Assembly: GCA_003343815.1 (NCBI GenBank)
Contig: QAKL01000101.1
Location: forward strand, 1-38,466
Direction of reading: 5' to 3'
From: Clostridiales bacterium
Lineage (GTDB): Bacteria; Bacillota; Peptococcia; Peptococcales; Peptococcaceae
DNA length: 38,466 nt
Shown here: positions 7,446-16,393 of the stretch, one piece after another
How the letters are laid out: every line of letters starts with the position of its first letter
Numbering within the stretch: position 1 is the first letter of the stretch
The notes under the pieces: generated by a model
Told to the model about the DNA's origin: nothing
The model's database searches: none
What the model saw: only the letters and a program-made list of their open reading frames with translations
Translations under genes and position numbers: made by a program

Positions 7446-8678
7446 ATGCTTTATTTAACAAATATTGATCTAAATCAAAATGAATTGCAAAACGCGATTG
7501 TTCAGCCGTTAGCTGTCGCGCCGAGTAATCCAAAGTTAGGGCAGATTTATACCAACAGCGTAAATTCGCGGATCATGTGGTATAACGGCAGTGAATGGCG
7601 GACAATCGGCGTCGTGGTAGAGTCGTCAGAAACAAACGGTAATATCAAAGTCGACGGTGTGGAGATGAGTGTATATGAACTGCCGATCGCTACAGCAAGT
7701 ACGGTAGGCGGTGTCAAAGTCGGCAGTGGTTTAAAGGTATTGGTAGACGGGACACTGTCCGTCGAAGTAGTAGATAATCTCACGAGCAGCGATACGGATA
7801 AGGCACTAAGCGCGGCGCAGGGTAAAGCGCTAAACGAAGCCATTAACAAGATCAATACTGAGATCGGTGAAATGGCTCAAGGCGACATGCTGAAAAGTAC
7901 CTACGATACTGACGGTGACGGAGTCATAGATAATGCGGCTAAGCTGGGCGGTCAGGCACCGAGCTACTATGCAAAAGCAGAGGACATTCCGCTAAAACTA
8001 AGCGATTTAACGAATGATGAGGGGTTTATCGATAACACGGTAAGTAATTTAGCGAATTATTACAAGAAAAGTGAAACCTACACCAAAGAAGAAGTCAATA
8101 CTTTAATCGGTAATCTGGCGACGATGGAAATCCAAGCGGTAGATAATTTACCTGCAAGCGGTAAGAGCAATGTCATCTATCTGGTGCCGAAAGATAGTGC
8201 GCAGACGAACAACGCTAAGGATGAATATTTATGGACAGGAACGGCGTTTGAAAAATTCGGCGATACGGAGATCGATTTAAGTAACTATCTCACAAAAAGC
8301 GGTAATGCAAGCGATACGACGGTGACATTTACTCAAGCAAGCACGAGAACGAATATCGCAAGCGATGAGAAAATGAGCGTACTGATGGGTAAAATCGCGA
8401 AATATTTCGCTGATTTAAAAACGGTTGCCTTTAGCGGTGATTATGCTGATTTAAGCAATAAGCCGACAATCATCAAAAGCGGAGAGTTTAGTATCGCCAA
8501 AAATCAAAATAGTAATAATGCGACATACACAGGAAGTAAAATCCTAACTGTATTTGTCATGGATACCGTAACAGGCGAGAAAGTAATTTGTGACGTCACG
8601 ATTAATGCTATGAAAGTGACGGTAAGTGTAAGTGAAAATCCGACTAACGAATTAAAGGTCGTAGTCCTCTATGTCTAA
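7446..8678 (+). CDS. Tail fibre-like protein
   Basis: The N-terminus LTNIDLNQNELQNAIVQPLAVAPSNPKLGQIYTN...WYNGSEWRTIG and the later AFSGDYADLSNKPT are both fibre-typical motifs. Confidence 0.6.
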   Translation: MLYLTNIDLNQNELQNAIVQPLAVAPSNPKLGQIYTNSVNSRIMWYNGSEWRTIGVVVESSETNGNIKVDGVEMSVYELPIATASTVGGVKVGSGLKVLVDGTLSVEVVDNLTSSDTDKALSAAQGKALNEAINKINTEIGEMAQGDMLKSTYDTDGDGVIDNAAKLGGQAPSYYAKAEDIPLKLSDLTNDEGFIDNTVSNLANYYKKSETYTKEEVNTLIGNLATMEIQAVDNLPASGKSNVIYLVPKDSAQTNNAKDEYLWTGTAFEKFGDTEIDLSNYLTKSGNASDTTVTFTQASTRTNIASDEKMSVLMGKIAKYFADLKTVAFSGDYADLSNKPTIIKSGEFSIAKNQNSNNATYTGSKILTVFVMDTVTGEKVICDVTINAMKVTVSVSENPTNELKVVVLYV

Positions 8679-8692
8679 GGCGGTGATGACCG

Positions 8693-9223
8693 ATGAAATA
8701 CTACGGTAAAATCGAGGACGAAAAGGACATCGCGACTAAAGGATATGTGGATGACGGCTTAGGTGTTAAGGTCGATAAGATTGACGGCAAAGGCTTGTCA
8801 ATGAATGATTATACGACAGCGGAAAAAACGAAACTCGCAGGTATTGCTGAGGGAGCGAATAAAACAGTTGTAGATAGTGCGCTATCAAGCACCAGCACCA
8901 ATCCGGTGCAGAATAAAGCAGTCTATGCTGCTTTACAAAATGCGGGCGGAGCTCAAAAAGTAAGTTATACAGCGACACTTACGACGACATGGAGCGGAAC
9001 GAGTGCACCGTATACGCAAAGTATCTCGATAAGCGGGATACTGGCTACAGACAATCCACACATCATGCCAGTGTACTCAGCAACTAATGCAACGGCAATT
9101 TTGGAAAAAGAGGCATGGAACTGTATAAGCAAGGCGGTAACGAGCGCAGGGAAGATAACTTTTACCTGCTTTGAAGAAAAGCCCACACAGGCGATCAGTA
9201 TAAATATTGAAATTGTACGATAA
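8693..9223 (+). CDS. Tail fibre-like / receptor-binding accessory protein
   Basis: GKGLSMNDYTTAEKTKLAGIAEGAN and SSTSTNPVQNKAVYAAL are common fibre repeat motifs. Confidence 0.5.
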   Translation: MKYYGKIEDEKDIATKGYVDDGLGVKVDKIDGKGLSMNDYTTAEKTKLAGIAEGANKTVVDSALSSTSTNPVQNKAVYAALQNAGGAQKVSYTATLTTTWSGTSAPYTQSISISGILATDNPHIMPVYSATNATAILEKEAWNCISKAVTSAGKITFTCFEEKPTQAISINIEIVR

Positions 9224-9274
9224 AGGAGGGAATGAGGCGATGAATCGTAAGGCAGAAAATCGCCTCGCAGATAT

Positions 9275-10090
9275 ATGGGAAATGCATTTTTAGCAGGACA
9301 AGGCGGTGGCGGTATGAGTGATAAGAAATTAGATGAGTATTTAACCGGAGGTTCTATCGAGTATAATACGCCTGGTGATTACACATGGATTTGCCCCAAA
9401 GGTGTTAGGTATGTATATGTAATTGCTTGGGGTGGATTTGGCGGCGGCGGAGGTGGCGGGGGTGGTCGTGAATACACTCAGTGGGGAGGTTACAATACAG
9501 CAGGTACCGGCGGAGGTGGCGGTTCTGCGCCTGATGCCATAATGGCGATGATAGCTGTCACACCGAAAACAACATACAATATTACTGTAGGTGCTGGCGG
9601 AAAAGGTGGAGCAGGAGGTGTTGGAACAACCTCATATGTAAGCGCAGGCAGCGCGGGATCAGATGGCGCTGACGGAGGAGATACTTCGTTTGGTGAATTA
9701 ATGATCTGCCGTGGGGGAAAAGGCGGCACAGGGGGGCTAGGATTTATAAGCTTGTCGTCATCATCAGAAGATAATCTCGGTGTTGAACGGCGTGGAGGTC
9801 TTAACGGCGAATATAATACTTCGAGGAATGTAACACTTTATAAAAAATGTTTTGTTTATGCGAGACATGCTGGTGGAGCGGGAGGAGAGGGTATAACTGC
9901 TGTAACGACGGATACCAACACTCGCAAAGGAACATATGGCGGACAAGGAGGCACTAACTCGGTATTGTCGGTATCAGCTGGCTCTGGCGGAAAAGGCGGA
10001 GACGCTTTTTATGGTAATCTTACTGGTTACGATAAGGATGGCGTAAAAGGTGGGGATGGCGTAGATGGGTATATGAAAATTATATGGTAA
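9275..10090 (+). CDS. Glycine-rich domain protein (fibre-locus associated)
   Basis: PGDYTWICPKGVRYVYVIAWGGFGGGGGGGGG is followed by many GGxGG tracts. No SD precedes ATG 9275 (see findings). Confidence 0.55.
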   Translation: MGNAFLAGQGGGGMSDKKLDEYLTGGSIEYNTPGDYTWICPKGVRYVYVIAWGGFGGGGGGGGGREYTQWGGYNTAGTGGGGGSAPDAIMAMIAVTPKTTYNITVGAGGKGGAGGVGTTSYVSAGSAGSDGADGGDTSFGELMICRGGKGGTGGLGFISLSSSSEDNLGVERRGGLNGEYNTSRNVTLYKKCFVYARHAGGAGGEGITAVTTDTNTRKGTYGGQGGTNSVLSVSAGSGGKGGDAFYGNLTGYDKDGVKGGDGVDGYMKIIW

Positions 10091-10104
10091 AGGAGAATAT
10101 GAGA

Positions 10105-10353
10105 ATGTATTATAAAGTACCTCTTGATGATAATTTATCAAATATAAGCTATAGAGCAACCGTAATTCTTAATGGCATAAAATATATAGAGTATAACGAC
10201 GGCATTATTGGAGAGCGCTGGATCGAGATATCAGAAAAAGAATTAAAGAATATATTCGGCAAAAATCCTTTTGTCGTCGATCCTATATCTGAACCCACGC
10301 AAGTTGATCGTATCGAAGCTAATCTCGACTATCTTGTATTACTAAACTCCTAA
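10105..10353 (+). CDS. Hypothetical phage protein
   Basis: ATG 10105 lies 9 nt after AAAGGAG (10089-10095). The track start at 10084 is less likely. The gene is AT-rich. Confidence 0.4.
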   Translation: MYYKVPLDDNLSNISYRATVILNGIKYIEYNDGIIGERWIEISEKELKNIFGKNPFVVDPISEPTQVDRIEANLDYLVLLNS

Positions 10354-10366
10354 GGCGGTGAGATAA

Positions 10367-10498
10367 ATGGATATCGCGAAGATGAAGATGTATTATCAAA
10401 AGGAGCTGTGGAAGAAAGCCATGGTCGATAATCTTTTAAAATTAGGGAAAATCACCGAGGAAGAATATAGAGAAATCGTAGGTGATAGCGAAATATGA
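10367..10498 (+). CDS. XkdX-like small phage protein
   Basis: This 43-aa ORF is not in the track: MDIAKMKMYYQKELWKKAMVDNLLKLGKITEEEYREIVGDSEI. The pattern YY...LW......V..G.IT.EEY.EI.G is characteristic of XkdX. It shares an ATGA overlap with the next gene. Confidence 0.5.
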   Translation: MDIAKMKMYYQKELWKKAMVDNLLKLGKITEEEYREIVGDSEI

Positions 10499-11619
10499 GT
10501 GAAAAATATTTAGGTGCGGTAGTATCGCCAGCGGATAATCGCGACTATCAGGCGAAAGATTATATTTCTGCCGGGGTGCGACCGGAAGAATATTATCCGA
10601 AAGTATTATGCCCAGTGCATCATCAAGAGGCGGGTGACTGCACGGCATGGGCGCTCGCAACAGCAAAATTTTATCATGAATTAAGAGAACGCAAGAGCCA
10701 GTATGAATTCGCCCCGATATTTTCGTATTTCGACCGTACGGACGATGATTACACAGGTGAGGGGCGCTATATGCGTAAAGTGCTGGATAACGCACGGAAA
10801 AACGGTATTTGCTATGCAAAAGATTTGCCCAAAGGTGTGCCGCTTTCGGCTGACTATCCTAACGAGGAGATCAGTGCGAAGTTGGCGCCGTTATTTCCCA
10901 AAGCAAAGGAAAATTGCATAGCCGGGTATGCCTATACGAGCAAAACAGACGAGATTGCCGACTGTGTCTTTCAGCATGGAGCGGCGACTATCACGATTGA
11001 TGTACGAGTGAGTTTTGACGCGTTTGTCTTAAAGAATGAGAATAACTGGGTGCTACCTATGCCGAAAGACGGCGAGCGAGTGCGCGGCTGTCATGAAGTG
11101 TGCGCTGTCGGTTTCACTAAGGATGGGATCATTATCCAAAATAGTTGGGGCACGCCGTGGGGGTATAACGGATTCGCTGTCTTACCGTGGGACTATCCTA
11201 TATTAGAGGGCTGGACTTTGGTCGACGAAGTGAAGCAGTGGGATATCGTCGAACTAATCGTAGGCGAGAATAAGGCGTTTGTTAACGATAAAGAAATAGC
11301 AATAGACGCTCCGGCAATGATTAAAAACGGTAGAACATTCGTACCATTAAGATTTATCGGAGAGGCATTAGGCGCGAAAGTATTCTGGGAAAACGGGACA
11401 AGAACTATCGCAATCAAAGACAAGGATAACGTCATCACCATGCAGATAGGCGAGCGAATCGGGTATGTGAATAATTACGCGCATGTGCTGGACGAAGCTC
11501 CGTTTATTAAAAATGACCGCACTTTTGTGCCGTTAAGGTTTATCGGCGAGGCGCTGGGTGCTGATGTGGAATGGATCGCAAGTGAAAGAAAGATCGTGGT
11601 GAGGAGAGTGCGCAAATGA
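10495..11619 (+). CDS. Papain-family (C1) cysteine peptidase with 2x copper-amine-oxidase-N-like wall-binding repeats; candidate endolysin
   Basis: QEAGDCTAWA supplies the Q/C, GCHEVCAVGF the H, and IIQNSWGTPWGYNGF the NSWG motif. The C-terminus has two repeats, NGRTFVPLRFIGEALGAKV and NDRTFVPLRFIGEALGADV. No signal peptide is present. It follows the XkdX-like gene. Confidence 0.65.
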   Translation: MSEKYLGAVVSPADNRDYQAKDYISAGVRPEEYYPKVLCPVHHQEAGDCTAWALATAKFYHELRERKSQYEFAPIFSYFDRTDDDYTGEGRYMRKVLDNARKNGICYAKDLPKGVPLSADYPNEEISAKLAPLFPKAKENCIAGYAYTSKTDEIADCVFQHGAATITIDVRVSFDAFVLKNENNWVLPMPKDGERVRGCHEVCAVGFTKDGIIIQNSWGTPWGYNGFAVLPWDYPILEGWTLVDEVKQWDIVELIVGENKAFVNDKEIAIDAPAMIKNGRTFVPLRFIGEALGAKVFWENGTRTIAIKDKDNVITMQIGERIGYVNNYAHVLDEAPFIKNDRTFVPLRFIGEALGADVEWIASERKIVVRRVRK

Positions 11620-11972
11620 TCGAAAATGACAGTATATTAAATAGTATAAAGAAGCTTTGCAATATCGCCTATGATGATACACATTTCGATCGCGACATAA
11701 TCTTTCATATCAATGCGGCGCTGGGGGTACTGGCGCAAATCGGCGTCGTTGCAAAAGAGGGGATGATCATAAGCGATCAAAAATCAAAATGGACTGATCT
11801 CACAGAGGATAAGGTCATTTTGGGATTAGCGGTCGAGTATATCCAGCTCAAATGTGTGATCGTCTTTGACCCGCCGAGTGTGAGCGCGGTATTGGACGCT
11901 TATAAGGAGCGGATAAAGGAGCTAGAGTGGAGACTGCAAGAGCAGGCAGAGGAAAGTAACACGATAAATTAA
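11616..11972 (+). CDS. gp6-like head-tail connector protein (putative)
   Basis: ILNSIKKLCNIAYDDTHFDRDIIFHINAALGVLAQIGV...VFDPPSVSAVLDAYKERIKELEWRL resembles the connector/adaptor family seen in Firmicutes phages (from memory). Confidence 0.4.
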   Translation: MIENDSILNSIKKLCNIAYDDTHFDRDIIFHINAALGVLAQIGVVAKEGMIISDQKSKWTDLTEDKVILGLAVEYIQLKCVIVFDPPSVSAVLDAYKERIKELEWRLQEQAEESNTIN

Positions 11973-12886
11973 TTTAGATATTGAAGTGCTAAAGCAATTA
12001 ATGATAGACAGCGATTAAAAAAATAATCATAATATCGAATATCGTTAATATTTATTTTATCGGTTTCATGATGTCTGATACGGAAACTATTTCCAATGAA
12101 AGTTAGCGCTTTAAATTCTTCTGTGAATAGAATTTTATAGTCATCCTGTCCGCAAGACATATTTTCGATTATTTTATTTACGGATTGTTTTTTATCTAAA
12201 TCAGTGTAATATGTCTTTAATCGCTCTAATACATCCCATATTTTCTCAACTGCGTCTTTGTGGGACTGAAGATTTGGTTGCATGTGTTTTTCAATAGCTA
12301 TGTTGAATAATTCTTGTAACTCAGGTTCCGGGATTTGAGCACTCAACGAGATTATATCAGGGCTAAGCACTTCGGATAAAGCTAACTGTTCTATGAGACC
12401 GCTGTCATTGAGATTAAAGGGTATATTGTATTTTTGAAATAATGTATTAATTGCTGAACGAAAATCGAGTTTTTCTTTTGAAGATAACTCTTCATATTGG
12501 AGCTCAATTATGTCGAATAAAAATGGTGTAAAACATGCAGATAAGATCTCATAGTCGAGTGACGAATACATTTTAAATGATTTTAGATCTACAGCTGGAA
12601 CCTGAAGATATTCATTTAAGCGTTCTATAGCACATTCCAAAGCATCTGTGTATACTGTCCAATCGCTATAACGATCTGGCTGATAGCATATGGGTTCTCT
12701 AAAGTGAGATATTATTTTGCAAATGCGGTTTTTGACACTCGAATCAACAGAATAGCTAATATTGTCAGTGGGCTGACCTTGTCCATAGCTTATTAAATCT
12801 TTATAGCGTTCGGTAAAAAGGTTATCCGGGAAAAGCGATTGTATAGCGTTTACACATTTTACAGCGTTTTCAGAATTCTTGTTCAT
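11969..12886 (-). CDS. AT-rich opposite-strand hypothetical protein, candidate prophage defence/Abi-like moron
   Basis: This 305-aa ORF has SD AGGAGG upstream of its ATG at 12886. Its stop codon overlaps the stop of the convergent + gene. It is mostly helical. The C-terminus IGNSFRIRHHETD...YFFNRC is vaguely AbiJ/HEPN-like, but there is no canonical Rx4-6H. Confidence 0.4.
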   Translation of the reverse strand: MNKNSENAVKCVNAIQSLFPDNLFTERYKDLISYGQGQPTDNISYSVDSSVKNRICKIISHFREPICYQPDRYSDWTVYTDALECAIERLNEYLQVPAVDLKSFKMYSSLDYEILSACFTPFLFDIIELQYEELSSKEKLDFRSAINTLFQKYNIPFNLNDSGLIEQLALSEVLSPDIISLSAQIPEPELQELFNIAIEKHMQPNLQSHKDAVEKIWDVLERLKTYYTDLDKKQSVNKIIENMSCGQDDYKILFTEEFKALTFIGNSFRIRHHETDKININDIRYYDYFFNRCLSLIALALQYLN

Positions 12887-12981
12887 ATGGGAGTCCTCCT
12901 ATACTAAAGTAAAATACAAAAATATTTTACCATATATTTGTTGGAAAAGCTACTTGTAATATTAAAAGGAGGTGGTGAGCG

Positions 12982-13347
12982 GTGGATGAATTGTATCACT
13001 ACGGCGTCAAGGGTATGAAATGGGGTATCAGGCGCTATCAAAACTCGGACGGGAGCTATACGAAAGCCGGAAAGAAACGACGGCGGGAGGAACATCCCGA
13101 CTATACAAATGCTCATACCAAGAAACATGTCCGCGAGATGAGTAATGAGGAGTTAAAGAGCCGCAATAATCGATTACAGATGGAAAAAACATATGAGGGA
13201 CTAACTAAAGATCAGCATATCATCGGGCTGGGGATGAAATATGTAGGTACGGCTACAGCGATAACAGGCTCGGCATTAGCTCTGTATAGTAATGCAGATC
13301 GTATCATATCCATAGGGAAAAAGGCCGCGAAGCGAACGCTAAGATAA
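12982..13347 (+). CDS. HYGVKGMKWG-leader small protein with basic middle and C-terminal hydrophobic helix
   Basis: GTG 12982 lies 9 nt after AAGGAGG. The sequence is MDELYHYGVKGMKWGIRRYQNSDGSYTKAGKKRR...MSNEELKSRNNRLQMEKTY...GLGMKYVGTATAITGSALAL. Confidence 0.55.
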   Translation: MDELYHYGVKGMKWGIRRYQNSDGSYTKAGKKRRREEHPDYTNAHTKKHVREMSNEELKSRNNRLQMEKTYEGLTKDQHIIGLGMKYVGTATAITGSALALYSNADRIISIGKKAAKRTLR

Positions 13348-13359
13348 AAGGAGATAAAT

Positions 13360-15102
13360 ATGGCACTGTCGAATACTGCTGTACCGAAATATTACGGCAT
13401 GTTTCGAGATGCCGTAATGCGTGGAGAAATTGCGATCAATCGAGAAATCGAGATGGAGATGAATCGAATCGATAATTTGATCCGTGACAAAGACATTTAT
13501 TGTGACAATACGGCGGTGGAGGGGTTTATCCGCTACTGCGAAAACGAGATGACACTGACTGACGGGGCGGATTTAACGCTGCTGGATACTTTTAAACTGT
13601 GGGCGGAGGAGATATTCGGCTGGTATTATTTCGTGGAAAAGCAGGTGTGGGAGCCGTACGAGGACGGCGGCGGCCGCTATGTGCGCAAGTGGCAGAAAAA
13701 GCGTCTGGTCAATAAGCAGTATCTCATCATCGCCAGAGGGGCGGCGAAGTCGATGTATGGCGCGTGCTTACAAAGCTATTTTTTGAATGTCGATACGACA
13801 ACGACTCATCAAATAACTACGGCGCCGACGATGAAGCAGGCGGAGGAGGTATTGGCTCCGATAAGAACGGCGATCACCAGAGCAAGAGGTCCGCTCTTTC
13901 AGTTTTTAACTGAAGGGAGCTTGCAGAATACGACCGGGAGCAAAGCAAAACGCATGAAGCTCTCACCGACCAAAAAAGGAATTGAGAATTTCCTGACAGG
14001 TTCGCTTTTAGAAATCCGTCCGATGAGTATCCATAAGCTGCAGGGACTGCAAATCAAGGTGGCGACGGTGGATGAATGGCTCTCGGGGGATATCCGAGAG
14101 GATGTCATCGGGGCTATTGAGCAGGGTGCGAGCAAAGTGGATGATTATTTAATCGTGGCAATTTCCTCAGAGGGTACGGTGCGTAACGGCGCAGGGGATA
14201 CAATCAAAATGGAATTGGCGGATATCCTCAAAGGCGAGTATGTCAATCCGCATGTGTCTATCTGGTGGTATAAGCTGGATAATATCGAGGAGGTCAACAA
14301 CCCGGCGATGTGGGTCAAGGCTCAGCCTAATCTGGGTAAGACAGTGAGTTATGAAACCTATCAGCTGGAAGTGGAAAGAGCGGAGAAAGCACCGGCAGCG
14401 CGAAATGATATTTTGGCTAAAAGATTCGGTATCCCGATGGAGGGATATACTTACTACTTTACTTATGAGGAGACGATACCGCATAAGCGAAAATCGTATC
14501 ACGGTATGGCGTGTGCGCTGGGCGGAGACTTTTCCCGAGGGGATGATTTCTGTGCATTGACCTTTTTATTTCCCTTACGAGACGGAGCGTTTGGCGTGAA
14601 AACGAGGAACTATATTTCGGCGCTCACTTATCAGAAACTCGCTCCGGCGATGCGGATGAAATATGACGAATTTATCGAAGAGGGGACGCTAATCGTAATG
14701 GAGGGGACAGTCCTCGATATGGATGACATCTATGACGAACTGGCTGGATATATCGATGAGATGGAATATGATGTGCGGTGCTTTGGCTATGATCCATACA
14801 ATGCAAATAAGTTTGTCGCTCAATTTGAGGTTGATAACGGACCGTTTGGGATTGTAAAAGTACCGCAGGGTGCGAAGACGGAATCAGTGCCGTTAGGAGA
14901 ACTAAAAAGTTTATCCGAAGAAAGAATGCTGTTATTTGACGAGGAAATGATGAGCTTTACGATGGGGAACTGTATTACTTTAGAGGATACGAATGGCAAC
15001 CGCAAACTGTTGAAAAAGCGGCATGATGCAAAGATAGACGCGGTGGCAGCGATGATGGATGCGTATATCGCGTATAAGGAAAACAAAGATGTGTTTGAAT
15101 AA
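13360..15102 (+). CDS. terL: Terminase large subunit (Terminase_1 type)
   Basis: The product is 580 aa. LIIARGAAKS is Walker-A-like and VATVDEW is Walker-B-like. The C-terminal nuclease region is GGDFSRGDDF...QGAKTESVPLGELK...KKRHDAKIDAVAAMMDA. Confidence 0.85.
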   Translation: MALSNTAVPKYYGMFRDAVMRGEIAINREIEMEMNRIDNLIRDKDIYCDNTAVEGFIRYCENEMTLTDGADLTLLDTFKLWAEEIFGWYYFVEKQVWEPYEDGGGRYVRKWQKKRLVNKQYLIIARGAAKSMYGACLQSYFLNVDTTTTHQITTAPTMKQAEEVLAPIRTAITRARGPLFQFLTEGSLQNTTGSKAKRMKLSPTKKGIENFLTGSLLEIRPMSIHKLQGLQIKVATVDEWLSGDIREDVIGAIEQGASKVDDYLIVAISSEGTVRNGAGDTIKMELADILKGEYVNPHVSIWWYKLDNIEEVNNPAMWVKAQPNLGKTVSYETYQLEVERAEKAPAARNDILAKRFGIPMEGYTYYFTYEETIPHKRKSYHGMACALGGDFSRGDDFCALTFLFPLRDGAFGVKTRNYISALTYQKLAPAMRMKYDEFIEEGTLIVMEGTVLDMDDIYDELAGYIDEMEYDVRCFGYDPYNANKFVAQFEVDNGPFGIVKVPQGAKTESVPLGELKSLSEERMLLFDEEMMSFTMGNCITLEDTNGNRKLLKKRHDAKIDAVAAMMDAYIAYKENKDVFE

Positions 15103-15142
15103 AAATAACCGAAAGACGAGAAGTCGATCGGTTAAAAGAAAA

Positions 15143-16306
15143 TCAGTCATCACCACTAGGCAATGCTTTTAAATAAAGGGCATCGCCGCTCATCAAGATG
15201 TCTACAGGCTCATTATAGATAGCGTTAATGTGGTCAATTTTTTCAGCGAATATTTGAGATTTAGTGTCTTGGCAGCTGGCAAGCGATTTGGCTGCTTTAG
15301 AAAAGTGGGCTTTGTCGGTGCTGCGTAAAGCATAGGCACCGTCAGATAAATGCTCATGAATAGGGGTTTTACGCAAAAGAGGAGTTTTTTCAAAAACTAA
15401 GGAGGCGGCGGTTCCGGCTTTAGCGACGGTCTTAATGGCGTGATGCTCCAAGGCTCGCGCAGAAAGCGCATCTAAGTGTGCGCAGGATTTCTGGTAGTAA
15501 GCGTCATATTTAGTGGATACGTCGGATATTTGCTTAGAAACAGAGGAGAGGTAACCTGAACTGCTGTAGTTTTCGGTAAAGATGACTTCGGCATAGGAAG
15601 CGAGGGCGTAAATGGAAACACAAAGGCGGTAAATCTGAAGTGGTTTGCGCAAGGAATTGGCGGCTTTGTCGATATCGCCTTTCGTAACAATGCGCTCTTT
15701 ATCGGTAAAAACTTTGTCGATTTGCTTTTGATAAAATTCTATATTCTGATAAGCTTCATTTTTAGCGTCTTGGAGCTTGACAAAAACACCGGTTTTATAA
15801 AGCTCGTTTTGGCTACTGTATTTGTAGTTGCTCAAAGCATCGTGTAAATACAGAATAGTGCCGCGTATTTTGGATTGCTTATCTGTTTCGAGGAAATATA
15901 AAAGCTGCTCTTGCATAGCGGTGATTTGGTTAAGTTGGGAAGTAACGGCGGATATAGCAGCAGAGGCGCAAAGTGTAGCCGGATTAACCGCCGAAATTTT
16001 AACCGGCTGAAAGGAAGCCTTGCCGACAAGCTTGCCGTTTTTGAAAATCATATCACGGTATCCTTGTCCGTTCAAAGATTTGGTGGATAGGCGAATTGAT
16101 TTGCCGACATCGTCTACGGCGCGGTAAAGTAATTTGTCTTTTTTGAAAAAGTTTGGTATTTCCGAAACGCCCATGCCTAAGGATGATAACTGAGCGAAAG
16201 GAATTTTCTCATATTTAGAAAGCTCGACGGTAGAATCAAGCGGAATAAGCTCAAGCTCCAAAGGAGCGAGAAAGTCATAATTTTGGGCAGCTGAAGTAGT
16301 ATCCAT
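15143..16306 (-). CDS. Opposite-strand hypothetical protein inserted between terL and portal
   Basis: This 387-aa ORF has SD AGGAG (16316-16320, minus) 9 nt from its ATG at 16306. The first ~120 aa look beta-rich, followed by a long helical region. No TM segment and no family motif were recognised. Confidence 0.5.
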   Translation of the reverse strand: MDTTSAAQNYDFLAPLELELIPLDSTVELSKYEKIPFAQLSSLGMGVSEIPNFFKKDKLLYRAVDDVGKSIRLSTKSLNGQGYRDMIFKNGKLVGKASFQPVKISAVNPATLCASAAISAVTSQLNQITAMQEQLLYFLETDKQSKIRGTILYLHDALSNYKYSSQNELYKTGVFVKLQDAKNEAYQNIEFYQKQIDKVFTDKERIVTKGDIDKAANSLRKPLQIYRLCVSIYALASYAEVIFTENYSSSGYLSSVSKQISDVSTKYDAYYQKSCAHLDALSARALEHHAIKTVAKAGTAASLVFEKTPLLRKTPIHEHLSDGAYALRSTDKAHFSKAAKSLASCQDTKSQIFAEKIDHINAIYNEPVDILMSGDALYLKALPSGDD

Positions 16307-16340
16307 GAGTGTCGTCTCCTTGATAATATAGATTAAATAA

Positions 16341-16369
16341 AGTATAGCACTATCACAAAACTAACACAA
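16341..16369 (-). promoter_or_regulatory. Putative sigma-A promoter for 15143..16306
   Basis: On the minus strand the -35 is TTGTGT (16369-16364), followed by a 17-nt spacer and an extended -10, TGcTATACT (16349-16341). Confidence 0.35.
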
Positions 16370-16370
16370 T

Positions 16371-16393
16371 CCGAAAATTGGAAAAATTTTCGG
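16371..16393 (+). promoter_or_regulatory. Perfect 9-bp hairpin in the leader of 16406..16783
   Basis: CCGAAAATT-ggaaa-AATTTTCGG. The 3' arm runs into the G9 tract that acts as the SD. Confidence 0.5.

Noticed and set aside
15103-15142. Bidirectional terminator between terL and the convergent 387-aa gene
   Set aside because: Only a 6-bp stem (AACCGA/TCGGTT) with a 15-nt loop is present, with no adjacent T or A run. That is too weak to call.
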